DNA of 64,000 nucleotides from Lobosporangium transversale (Eukaryota): NCBI RefSeq assembly GCF_002105155.1, contig NW_019028982.1, positions 248,001 to 312,000 of the forward strand, read 5' to 3'. Shown piece by piece: positions 41,584 to 52,361 of this stretch (position 1 is its first letter; each line of letters starts with the position of its first letter). The notes under the pieces were generated by a model. It saw only the letters and a program-made list of their open reading frames with translations, ran no database searches and was not told where the DNA came from. The position numbers and the translations under genes were made by a program.

Positions 41584-43806
41584 GTTAGAAGAAAATGCCT
41601 AAACCATTGATAAACTTTTGGATCGTCCAGTTTTCGTCCGCATAGTTTCAATTCAGCTCCATAGCAGTAGGATATTTTATACTCAAGTTTACGAGCACTT
41701 ACCGAGGGGTAGTGTCACGATGATCAGAGTACCACTCAAAAGACTTAGAGTATCCAATGTAATTAGAGTACCGTTCAGCGCCTTTGATCAGTACAGCTTC
41801 ATTAGCTTCCAATTGCTGAGTGAAAAGTCGTGAAACGATCAATTCAGGGCAAATCATGAATCGAATTTCCTCCTGGACGGCGCCCTGTTGAAGATGTCAA
41901 AAAATTAAAAATAAAAATAAAAAAGATAAAAAATGAATGATAATTCAACAAATAATGTAAAGCTATGCTGAATAGAATAAGCCCTCTCCTTTCTTACCTT
42001 ATCGAGTGTTCCACCACCAATATTCCTGTTAGCAAAGTCTAGCTGCAATGCTCCTTGAGGCGCCTCCTCAATAGGTGTAATGCTGTCAACTATCACCTTG
42101 GTGAACTTAAATGAGTCCTCTTTAAGCTGATCATTGGGGTTCAAGTAAACGGGCCTCTTCAGTACCTGTCGGTGATATGTCACCGTACCCTGGGGCACTA
42201 GATTTGTACGGGGGCGCAGGAAAAAGAAGAAAAGAGGAATATGTTCAGATTATTGAATACTAACAGTGCGATTTATCATTGGTTCAAATGTGCTCAAAGA
42301 TGATATCTATACTTACTTTCGGTGGTAACTCGATCAAAGTAATGCAGAATGCAGCGTAGCCTCGCCGCCTGTGTAGTAGTGCAAGGCGTTCTTTTCTCCT
42401 CGGCCCAAAAAGTGCTAATGAAGTTGATCGAGGGCAGCTTTGGTGCCCATTCCTTTTCATTTTTGACCTCTGATGAAGCTGGCTCTATCTCTGCCTGTCC
42501 TCCTTGCGCTAAACCTTTCTGGTCATTAACTTCCAATTTTTCAACGCTGGAGGCCAGCTTCTCTTGATCAAATGAGTCTTCAAAAAACTCAAACAAAGCG
42601 GCAGGCCCTTTAGCACGTGGCTTCCTAGGTGGACGGGGAGCCTGCAAAGCCTTCTTCTTACCGCGCGAAGGTTGCTGCTGTTGACCTGCTCCCCCGCCTC
42701 CGCGGCCTCCATTACGTCCATCCCGGGCAGATCTGTTGCCAGACTTCTTCCCCTTGGAATGATGATCTTCTTCATCTTCATCTTCATCAGTACTTTCGCC
42801 ATCGTCCTGACTCGGGTTTTGATTGGTATTTGCTCCGGACGGCTTTCCACTACTAGATACTGATCTTTTTTTTCGTCTGGTCTTGTAAGGAGCGTTTCGA
42901 CCTGGAAAGGTGTTGAAGAACGCGTTCGCCAACAAACACGCGATTTGCTCCTGTGACAACGTCACAGCTGAATCTTGCTGTTGTTTCAAAAATGGAATTG
43001 GCTTCTTGATCAATTCCGGCAAGCGGAGAGCCAACGCCTGCATACGAGGTAAGACTACGTCAAAGAAATGCTGGCGTTCTTGACTACTCAAGAATTGGCT
43101 TTTGAGGGGTTCAGTGGGAGCAACTTGATAGATCTTTCCAGCAGGAGGCTCCGATCTCTGAGGATGTCGTTGCTGTGATGGTCCAGACTTTTCATTATTA
43201 TCATCACCATCTTCATCTCCATCCGAGCGGCTCAAATATTCATCTGAATCAATGGAGCCAGAATGAATCTGCAGCTGTTGCTCCTCAGGGTCCAAAAATT
43301 CGTCTGAGTGCATGCCTTGGTTTGCCTCTGCTGCCTCCTCCGCACTACGAGTGTTCAGAAATGCATCTAAAGCATTGATGTTCCAGCCGTTTCGCTTTGT
43401 TGGATTCCAGCGAAGCATGGCTTCAGAAAGCTGACGAGAGCTGAGGATAGGCTCCGAAAGACTCTGAACGATCTCAGGCCAAAATGAAACCTCTGAAGGG
43501 TACATTCGATTGGAGCATGGTAGCCGCACATGATCCTTGTCCCATGAGTCCTGATATTCCTTGGGGAATATATCATCATTGATCCCAGGGATCTAATAAT
43601 TGTGATTCAAAAAAAAAGAAAAAAAAAACATTAATTTCAGCTCTAGACTTCAGCTTGATCACAGACATAGTCTTACGATAACCATGAAGGTGGACCAATA
43701 CCTCACAAAGGATATAGTTAGGACCAGTCTCGAAGAAGGCATTGGCCTGACCGTCAATAGATCGGGCGCTAATGCTGGTGTCGTTAGGGGCAGTGGAACT
43801 AGCCAT
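40853..43806 (-). CDS. PARG: Canonical poly(ADP-ribose) glycohydrolase
   Basis: Exons 43806-43702, 43592-42317, 42197-41998, 41884-41703, 41541-41084, 40974-40853. Motifs [77 protein letters not shown]. Confidence 0.93.
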
Positions 43807-44200
43807 GGCGTAAATGCGTCTCTACAGTTGTTATAGTGGCGATAATAGTGGTGTCTTTCTGATAAATCAAGTGTCTTGTTAGGTAGAGAAAAACGCAGAA
43901 GCTGGAAGTTGGGACGCGACTCTTTTATAAGTAAATGGAGCTGCGGCTAACAATGACATGCGACTTAAAAGGAAAGTCCAATACAAATCCCCTTCATGTG
44001 TTCATTATAATGTCATTGCGTGATTCATTGAGCCATGATCATGTAAACAAAGAAGATTGGGCAGAAGTCTGGTTCTCCAACAGAGACTACGCCGCTTTTT
44101 TCCTGATTTGGAAAGTCCAATTGAACCTGGCCAATTGGTTACAATTAAATTTTTTGTTTGTCTCAAATTATTGCATTGTCAAATGTTATTTCTGTCTTTT

Positions 44201-45865
44201 CTATCTAATAGTCATCCAAGGTCGCCTAGTCAACAGTAATTGGCTTGCATCTTCGGGAAGAGGCCCACCCTCAAGCCCTCGATGTACACCCTTCAGATAA
44301 TTGAAGTCTAAATGCACAAGAGACGTCCAATTGTCGATCATCCATCTTGCTTCTGCAGCGCCTATCTCAAGGAAAGAGTATCTCCTGAGGTCGAGACTTC
44401 GCAATTGTTTGAGCCTAGGTAGCCATCGTAAGTAACCTTTTTCCAATGTGAGGAGATTAATTGAGGAGGCAAGCTTCCAATCCTTTAGGCCCTCTAACCG
44501 CCCAAGCTGCGAGAATATGTAACTCAAGTGTTGGTCTGCTAGGCTACCATCCCCTGATTGATGAGTGTTACCAGAGGTCACTTCTGGTGACATTACGATA
44601 CCCAGTTCCAAGTACCGGAGCTCTAGGCATGCCCACGAAGTCATAAACATGGACTCTGGGCCCAGTAACTCATCATCAGCTATAAACTTTATCCACACTG
44701 CAACCATGAGAGACCGGAGCTTTGGGAGACTGCTGACAAGACCAACAAAGAACTGGACGGGCAGTTGACGGAGGCTCATTAAGTCTAAAACTGTCAAGGT
44801 TAATGCATGATACTGCGTTAGTGCTAGTACGCATTCATGTCCAAATGGTACTGTCGCATCCACGATAAATGACTTGAGGCCAACACTGGCGAGAGTACTT
44901 CCGGCTTCATCATGGTATTCATTTGCGGTAGCCTGAAGTCTGCTCTTCATTTCATTAATATTATGGCTATTGGCTTTTGTATGCTCGAAACGTCTGAGAG
45001 CACGAAACAATCCTGCAATTGGGTCATCAGAATTCCAAACAGTCCCTCCACCAATACGCACATGTCTTAAGTGCGAGCATCTTCTAGTTTCCAAGATACC
45101 CACGATATGCTGTAGGGACTCTTTGTGATGCAGCCATTGTAAGTCTAATCTTTCCAGCATTGGACACCTCTTCAGCAATGGAATAAGGATCAAATCTTCA
45201 TGATGTGGTAAGGGCAACCGTATACTGAGTTCACGTATTTGGTTCTCCTGCATATACTCCATGAAGGCCTTTGCTTGTGCCTCCAGATTCGCTTGTTGTG
45301 TGTCTAGTAATAGACCTCCGCCGCCTCCAAGACTCAATCGAAGAATGTCATACTGCCTACATCTCTGGATCAATTGCTGGATCACGATCGGATGAGTGAT
45401 TTGGTAACAGGTTAGGTTCAGTTCCTTCAGTCGTGGTAATCTCTCTAATGTTTCAAAGAGTTGGGTTTGCGTCCATGTTCTTGCAAGTGAGATTGTCAGC
45501 GTCAAGGTTTGGAGAGATGGTATGGTCTGGATGTATTGAAGAAAGTAGCTTTCTTCGAACGAGGATGCCAAGTCGGGATAGAATATGAACGATTTCAAGT
45601 TGTGGAGCGGTATGTGTTGATGCATTGTTGCTTGCTTTTCGAGGATAATGAGGGTCTGGACATTGTCACTATGGCGTTTCAAGCCAGCAAGTCTCTTCTC
45701 TACAAATCCAAACGCACCATCAATTTGGACGTTGCGCCAAAGTACAGGGGCAAACCAACCAAACCAGTCCTTGGACACTAAGACGCACCGGGTGAGGTCG
45801 TCCTGCGACAAGTACTGCGTTACTTCATCTTTTAGAAGTTGAATGTCAAAGATGGAAAGATTCAT
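44201..45865 (-). CDS. Intronless F-box / RNI-like LRR protein
   Basis: Start placed at ATG 45865 (MNLSIFDIQLLKDEVTQYLSQDDLTRCVLVSKDWFGWFAPVLW). LRRs, WACLELRYLEL, LTLEKGYLRWL...EARWMIDNWTSL. Confidence 0.85.
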   Translation of the reverse strand: MNLSIFDIQLLKDEVTQYLSQDDLTRCVLVSKDWFGWFAPVLWRNVQIDGAFGFVEKRLAGLKRHSDNVQTLIILEKQATMHQHIPLHNLKSFIFYPDLASSFEESYFLQYIQTIPSLQTLTLTISLARTWTQTQLFETLERLPRLKELNLTCYQITHPIVIQQLIQRCRQYDILRLSLGGGGGLLLDTQQANLEAQAKAFMEYMQENQIRELSIRLPLPHHEDLILIPLLKRCPMLERLDLQWLHHKESLQHIVGILETRRCSHLRHVRIGGGTVWNSDDPIAGLFRALRRFEHTKANSHNINEMKSRLQATANEYHDEAGSTLASVGLKSFIVDATVPFGHECVLALTQYHALTLTVLDLMSLRQLPVQFFVGLVSSLPKLRSLMVAVWIKFIADDELLGPESMFMTSWACLELRYLELGIVMSPEVTSGNTHQSGDGSLADQHLSYIFSQLGRLEGLKDWKLASSINLLTLEKGYLRWLPRLKQLRSLDLRRYSFLEIGAAEARWMIDNWTSLVHLDFNYLKGVHRGLEGGPLPEDASQLLLTRRPWMTIR

Positions 45866-45916
45866 TTGTGTCAATGAGTTGAGAATGAAGAATATGTGTA
45901 AGTCAATCCCGTTGAT

Positions 45917-45947
<31 letters not shown>

Positions 45948-46208
45948 GATACTCTGCCAAGAATAGATGAGGCTGTGTGCATTTGTATATCGCCACCCCA
46001 CACAACCGAGCAGAAACACGATGAATATATTGGAAATATGTCTTGACGCTTTTAGGGCTTGGAAAGAAAATCGTCCATGAAGCATTGCATTCTGTGCGAA
46101 GACTTATTTTAGATTGTCAGCTTAGAGAATTGCTGCCCTCATTTAATACATTTTATATTTTAATAACTTTAATGAAATTGGGTATCGAGTCTTTGTTTCA
46201 CTCATTTT

Positions 46209-47808
46209 CTAGTTGTTGTAAGTCCAGATCGCAGTGCCGTTGCTTTGAAGTATGGACTTGCCATGTTGATCTTTGCGGTGGAAATGGTTCCTGGCACGAA
46301 TATATGGTTCCATTTTGAAATATTGCGCACGCAGCTCTGCTGCGACATCTTCCCTCTCATGGGACGGCGTGTCCTTCTCGCTTTGGATCCATTCCTTTGT
46401 CTTGGAATCGTATTTTTGGGTCAGACTATCCCATTCCTTCTGTAGTGCTGCCTTAGTGGTCTCATCTTTCATCAGATCGTTCTCACCAGGAACAGGTGCC
46501 AGATATTCATACTTGAATTTATCCAGTCCTGCGCCTTGATATGTATCTGGTAAGTGCTCAGCAGGAATAAGCTCCAACAATTCTTGGTTTTTGTATGTGA
46601 ATTTGATTTTAGATGCAACCACAGGGTCTAGCCATGGCTCGATCACTTTCCAGACTCCCCAGAAGACCAAGGGTGCATTATGAACGAGAATGGCTCCAAG
46701 TGACTCTGGATAATATGCCTCAAAGCACTTGACAATAAATTGAACAAGGCTATAATCCATGTTGCCAAGTCCAAAGTTGGTAAGGTCAAAGATCAAAGCA
46801 ACAGTCTCGACTGGGGGTTGAATCAAGAGGCGACCACTCTCCATGAGGTAAATTGTCAGGCGTTCAAGAGTTTTGGGGTCCTGATCGCCAGCCCTATGCA
46901 ACTGAACGTTGATGTAACTAAAATACACACACGAAAGTAAGTGAGGGGATATTAGATCATTTGATTTGTGAGATTGTAAATCCTCCACACTGTTTTTTTT
47001 TTTTTTTTTTTTTTTTTTCTAATGCTGGTGCCGTTGCCACGTCTGAGACTTGTGTCTCCGTGTATATATAACAAAGATTGTCCATGTGCCTACAATCCAC
47101 AATTATCTTTGATCCTTTTTTTGTTGCCGCTGTTACTTTGTTTTTTTTTTTTTTTTTTTTTTTTTGTTGGTCATCGAGAAACACGATGTTTTTTGTTGTT
47201 TGTCACTTTTCCCAACAAAATTAAAGAAACATCAAGTTTTAACCATCGACTTACACAATGGGCTGACCGTGCTTGTCCGTTCCGTGAATATAAAACTTGC
47301 CCATCTCCAACTGCTGCTTGAACTTGGGGTACTTTGCATCTAGCTCGTCGTCACTCAGGGTCTTGACATCCTCAACATTCTGCTCCAGTCTCCATTTGAA
47401 AGCATTCAGCATCATCAACAGGCCATTAGCGATATGCCATTTACGTGCCCTTAAGAAGCGGAGCACTAAAGAATCGGGGTTATCGCTTAACACGTTATTC
47501 CACAGCGAAGTTCTGACTTCCTCTGCGGTGAGGCCAATTTCAGCCAATGTAATCGTCTTAGGAGGTTCAACAACAGGTTCGGCAGGTGCAGCTGGGGTAG
47601 ACGCTCCGAACCATCCGCCTCCCCAGCCAGATGTGGCTGCAGGAGCAGGAGCAGGAGCAGGAGTAGCAGCAGGCTCAGAAACAATTGTAACGGTACCAGT
47701 CTCTAGAAGTTCGTAAAGTGCAGCCCAGAGCTTCTTGAGAGTCTTGATCTGGTCGGGGGTAAGGGTACCGACATGTCCTGTACCAGTGGGGGTGTCTTCT
47801 ACTGACAT
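46209..47808 (-). CDS. CRAL-TRIO / Sec14-like lipid transfer protein (Csr1-like)
   Basis: Exons 47808-47255 and 46917-46209. Motifs PDSLVLRFLRARKW, FDLTNFGLGNMDY, FEAYYPESLG, HNAPLVFWGVWKVIEPWLDPVVASKI. Confidence 0.92.
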
Positions 47809-49325
47809 TATGGGGAGTAAGGGATTATAATGAGATAAAAGAAGGAAATAAAACGTAAAGAAATAACTAAGAGTGGCAAGCGTGTTGTTTGACAAAAGAA
47901 AATTTTAAGAAAGCTGGTGTCTTATTCTAGCTTATTTTTATAGTGAAAGAAAAAAAATAAAATAAATCATGCTAAACTGAACATGAGTGCTCTTTTATTC
48001 TTAAAATGGAGATTAAATGTAAAAGACCATTGCACGCATGTTAAAACGAACAGCAAAAACTATTGAACATGTTTACTTTCTCACGAAAGAGAATTAAGAT
48101 TCATTTTAGTACCATGTGCATCCTGGCTTTCTTACCTTACATTCATTCATCACGTATGCACTTTACTTTTTGGTTGGGGAGAACAATGCCAAGACATCGG
48201 GGGCGACATTGCTTTTTTACTGTGTGCATATATTAAAAGTCAAGAACCTTTAGCAGATTGCACCTTTTATTTAGGTTCGTTTGATCTATCAATGTGGTTG
48301 CAGGCGAGCATTTATACAATTTATAAATTTATGACCGTACTAGAAAAGTAAGACAATGTTTGTATTAATATATTTCTACTCACATCAGCACCAGCATGGA
48401 CCATACCAGCCTGATGCTTAGCTGATTGTGCTTATTTGTGTACACGTCTGTCATTTGTAGAGATGCATGTGAAGGTCGGTCTATTAAAGTTGACGGGTGG
48501 TATTATAAAACATGAGCCATACGTCTACTTGAGCTTCGTCTACTTTATCTTGTCTTTGTCTATCCCACCTACAAGGCTTTGCAGCACAAAGAGTACATCA
48601 CGAGTGGCCCCTATTTGGAAGGAGAACAAAACGCAATGAGTCTTACTCTAGTTCTAATCCTCAGAACAGATAGCAAGCCTTATTTTTTCTGAAAATACTT
48701 TTGCATCGTGTGCACAAGATATCAATGACAGGACATTGCACAATGTATACCTCAATAATGCATAAATGGCGAAGCAGGAGAACTGACCAGTGCCTAAAAG
48801 TTAAAGAGGTTAGAACAAAAACGATTCATGATTGAAATAATACTTGACAAAAAACTACCCCCATTCCTCTCCCGAAAATGCTATGCGCTTCCACAATGGG
48901 GCGATTTGTTTACACTTCATACGCTGCTCATTACTTTTCGATGGGACGATTTGTACTAGTACCCCTCACCTAAAAGGATGTTAACTCAATGATTCCGTCA
49001 TTCGGGACTTTAGCCTTCCCGAAAAGAGCAAAATTTTCTTTTGCGCGTCCTTTAGTCTTCGCCAACTTCTGTCAAGACATTTTCCAGGATTAATAGTTAT
49101 GAAACAATCTTTTTCCCTTCTACCTTCGTAAGGGGGCATTTGTGCTATCTCATTTTTTACTTCGCCATTTTAAGTTCCTATCGCTTCCTACATTAGGGCC
49201 GTATACGGCGAATGGCATGTCGCGAACACAGTGTGTTGTGCTTTCATTCCTCTGCGCCATAGCCCTTTGAAATACCAAGCGCCTTGTGGTTGCCTCTTAT
49301 GCAAATATGCTTGAATTGATATGCA

Positions 49326-49366
49326 CCAATCTATAGCTTTGTGCTATCGTTCTGAACATATAAATA
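49326..49366 (+). promoter_or_regulatory. Candidate CCAAT and TATA box upstream of the 788-aa gene
   Basis: CCAAT at 49326-49330 and TATAAATA at 49359-49366, about 100 nt before the ATG at 49469. Confidence 0.45.
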
Positions 49367-49468
49367 TCCACACAGTCGACGGCTTCTTCCTATTATTCCA
49401 TCACCTCAGTCGCATTCTCAGCAAAGCAAGTTTTACTATCCTTCCTCACAATACATCCATCTAAACAC

Positions 49469-51835
49469 ATGGTTCGTCTTCGATCCATATATACTGGCTC
49501 TCTAGCCTTGGCTGGGTTGGTATTCACTGGTTGCGCCGCCGTTGTTGCTTATGGCTTGCCTCAGCAGCTCGTCATGGACTCTCGGCTCTCTGATCCATGG
49601 ATGCCATCGCCAGCATCTTCATTTCCTACTAAAGGAGCAAGCCGCATTGCAGTTTCGGAACTGGCTTATGGGAACGAAGCGCGTGATCTCTTGGTAGAAA
49701 AGGCCCACAGCCTCAATCGACCTTATCCTGATGGGTGGGAAAGGATCTTACACCCTCCAAACACCTTTGGCAACACTGGGATCCAAATAGTTGATCCTAA
49801 CAATCTAGTAGAGGTCATTAATGCTTGGGGCCTCCCTGAGTCAATTCGCGATATTGCCTATAATGATATCCGAACCCTTGTTCTCATTGCTGTCCGTCAG
49901 GGCGTATACGTGATTCAAAGCTTCAGTTATGGCGTTCCTAACTGTGGAGCGGGTCCTCAGCCGTTCTGTATGGTCACACTAGCAGTCGTCGTGAGAGCCC
50001 GTTTAGACCAAGGAGGGCTTTTGGCCAATCCTGCGGAAATTGGACACATCTTTATGCAGTCTGGTGCTGAAAGTATTCAACAATACAGATATTGGGAGGA
50101 GTGCCATAGATGCTGGCTTCGTAGATGTTGCCATAATAAATCTGCTCCTCGTGCCTTGGAACAGTATGAAATTGATCAAGGCATGGCGGTTCTTTCTGCA
50201 AGCCAGTCTCGTTGGGCAATAGAGAACATGCCAGCACCTGCAAGCTTCAATGCCAAGTCGGTCAGGATCATGACTGTCCCTCAGTATGATGTCGTCTATT
50301 CTTCCCCTGCGCCTATCCCATATTCTCCTTCAGCAATGATGAACTCAAAAACTACGATGACCAGCAATATGTGGCCTATGTTTATTGATGACTTACTACG
50401 TCGGTTCCTTAGGAACAAAAACGAGAATAAGGAGGTCTTTAAGGCGCATAGGGATAAGCTCTTGAACGAGCTTCAAACCTTGGCCAAGTCACACCATCAA
50501 TTCATCCGGCAGTTCTCTCTCACAATTGATGAACAAGACGCAGAGGACCTGTTTGGAAACCTGTTATCAGATTGCTTTGACAGGGCGAATGCGGAAGAGA
50601 CAGTGACAGAGTGGTGGCGGCGTGTCCGCCAAGAGAACCCCGGAGACATACCCATCTCACTTGAATGTGAATCCACAAGCCAAAAACGAAAGACATTTGA
50701 TCCACCGCCAAGTCAATGCAAGACCTCGGTCGAAGTGACCTCAGAATCCTCATACTCTTGGTTGGTGATTTCGCCCCATGGCAACAATCTTGACTGTCTA
50801 CTCTTACAAGGTGATATTGTACTCAGCTATTTGGAGTGCGAACCTCTAGATGATGACGATGATGATAGTACCGATCCTGATGTACATAAGGGCACTTTTT
50901 TGGCCAGAGATCATCATAACTGCGAATCCAGCCGACGTTACCAACATGCTTCTTCCGACGAAGTGAACGAAACCTGGGAAGGCTCCGTCATCCGCTCGGC
51001 TATTATTCTCGAAGATGGTTCGTTTGCTTCTGTTAGGTATCTGGTCGAATGGAAGGACTACCCAGCGTATGTTAGCAAGGCCTTACTAGACATCTTACGT
51101 TTTTCAGCCGCAAGATCATATCTTCGCACCCCACTCTTTCAGTCTCAGAGGCCCAACGAGATATTCAAGTCCCTTGACAATATCCAGGCGGTTGATCCAA
51201 CTCTGGTAGCCATTGGCCAATCGATGGAAGCTGTTGCAAAAGGCTGGAGTGCCATTGCCAATGCTTTCAAGAACAGTGTAACAAAGACCATCAAGCTTAA
51301 AGTGTGTCTTGGATTCGAGCAGTATCAGCACACGGCCAAGACTTTGGTCGCACAAGGCGTATATGGTCCTCGCTTCCCGGAATTCATTGGTGAGATTATG
51401 GCCAATACCGAGTTACCAGACCGACGGGATCTAAAGACGATCATGATGGGCATCAAGTACTCTACTAATATCACCTGGGTAGGCGAATCCATGAGTTATG
51501 CCGATTCGAATGGGCACTTCAACTTCTTGTTCCTGGCCAAGCATGCAAACGCAGTTACCAAGGATATCGATGTGGTGTACAGCTGGTTGAAGAGTGAGAG
51601 TATTCTAGCCAAGGACATGTTGATCGTGAGAACAAAGAGAAGTACTTTAGGAGGACTCTTTGAACGTGATGAGACCCGTATTGAATATATTCCTCATGTC
51701 TTGAGCCAACAAGATGCGATGCTCCTTCAGATGTTCTTTGAGGTGATTGCTTTCCGTCAGATTGCCATAGCAACAGGACTCACGCCCCCAGACTACCCAA
51801 AGCTTGACAGCTTGTGCGACCGAACAACTGAGTAG
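49469..51835 (+). CDS. Intronless 788-aa putative secreted protein, unknown family
   Basis: Long ORF with a basic-then-hydrophobic N-terminus (MVRLRSIYTGSLALAGLVFTGCAAVVAYG) and many Cys. No family motif recognised. Confidence 0.85.
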   Translation: MVRLRSIYTGSLALAGLVFTGCAAVVAYGLPQQLVMDSRLSDPWMPSPASSFPTKGASRIAVSELAYGNEARDLLVEKAHSLNRPYPDGWERILHPPNTFGNTGIQIVDPNNLVEVINAWGLPESIRDIAYNDIRTLVLIAVRQGVYVIQSFSYGVPNCGAGPQPFCMVTLAVVVRARLDQGGLLANPAEIGHIFMQSGAESIQQYRYWEECHRCWLRRCCHNKSAPRALEQYEIDQGMAVLSASQSRWAIENMPAPASFNAKSVRIMTVPQYDVVYSSPAPIPYSPSAMMNSKTTMTSNMWPMFIDDLLRRFLRNKNENKEVFKAHRDKLLNELQTLAKSHHQFIRQFSLTIDEQDAEDLFGNLLSDCFDRANAEETVTEWWRRVRQENPGDIPISLECESTSQKRKTFDPPPSQCKTSVEVTSESSYSWLVISPHGNNLDCLLLQGDIVLSYLECEPLDDDDDDSTDPDVHKGTFLARDHHNCESSRRYQHASSDEVNETWEGSVIRSAIILEDGSFASVRYLVEWKDYPAYVSKALLDILRFSAARSYLRTPLFQSQRPNEIFKSLDNIQAVDPTLVAIGQSMEAVAKGWSAIANAFKNSVTKTIKLKVCLGFEQYQHTAKTLVAQGVYGPRFPEFIGEIMANTELPDRRDLKTIMMGIKYSTNITWVGESMSYADSNGHFNFLFLAKHANAVTKDIDVVYSWLKSESILAKDMLIVRTKRSTLGGLFERDETRIEYIPHVLSQQDAMLLQMFFEVIAFRQIAIATGLTPPDYPKLDSLCDRTTE

Positions 51836-52361
51836 AGCACTAGGAAAGCAGCGATACCAATACGGATATGGCACCTTCGTGTACTTTAACCTTTTTTTGT
51901 TTTATTATTATTTTTCGTTTTTACAAGACCGAGGGCACTAGGTAGAAAAAAGAAATAAAATGGTTTGTTTTATTTTTTTTGTTTAAAAAAAAAAAAAAAA
52001 AAAGTTGCCGTATCTTATGAAATGATAATATTATATATAATAAATATATAGTACAGCCCGTTCCATTTGGTGGAGGGGGAGAGACAAGCCGGCAACAACA
52101 GTAGGACACAATCTACTACAAACATGACTAGGTCCAGAAAGGCCTTCGTTTTAAAAAAATTGTAAGTATTGGCTTGATAATACTTTTTATTTCTTTGTTC
52201 TAATACACTTCTTCTTTTAACACTAGATGGAATGTCTCGTTTTTTAATGGGACGGACTAATTAAGTTCTTTTTTAATTCATGAAATAAACTCTATGCAAA
52301 TATCAATAATTCTAAAATGCCTTCTTTTTTTTTTTTTTTTTTTTTTTTTGGCTTTATGACT

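Noticed and set aside
45866..46003. Poly-Lys N-terminal extension of the F-box ORF
   Set aside because: It arises from a homopolymer tract and a non-ATG start; the F-box begins right after ATG 45865.
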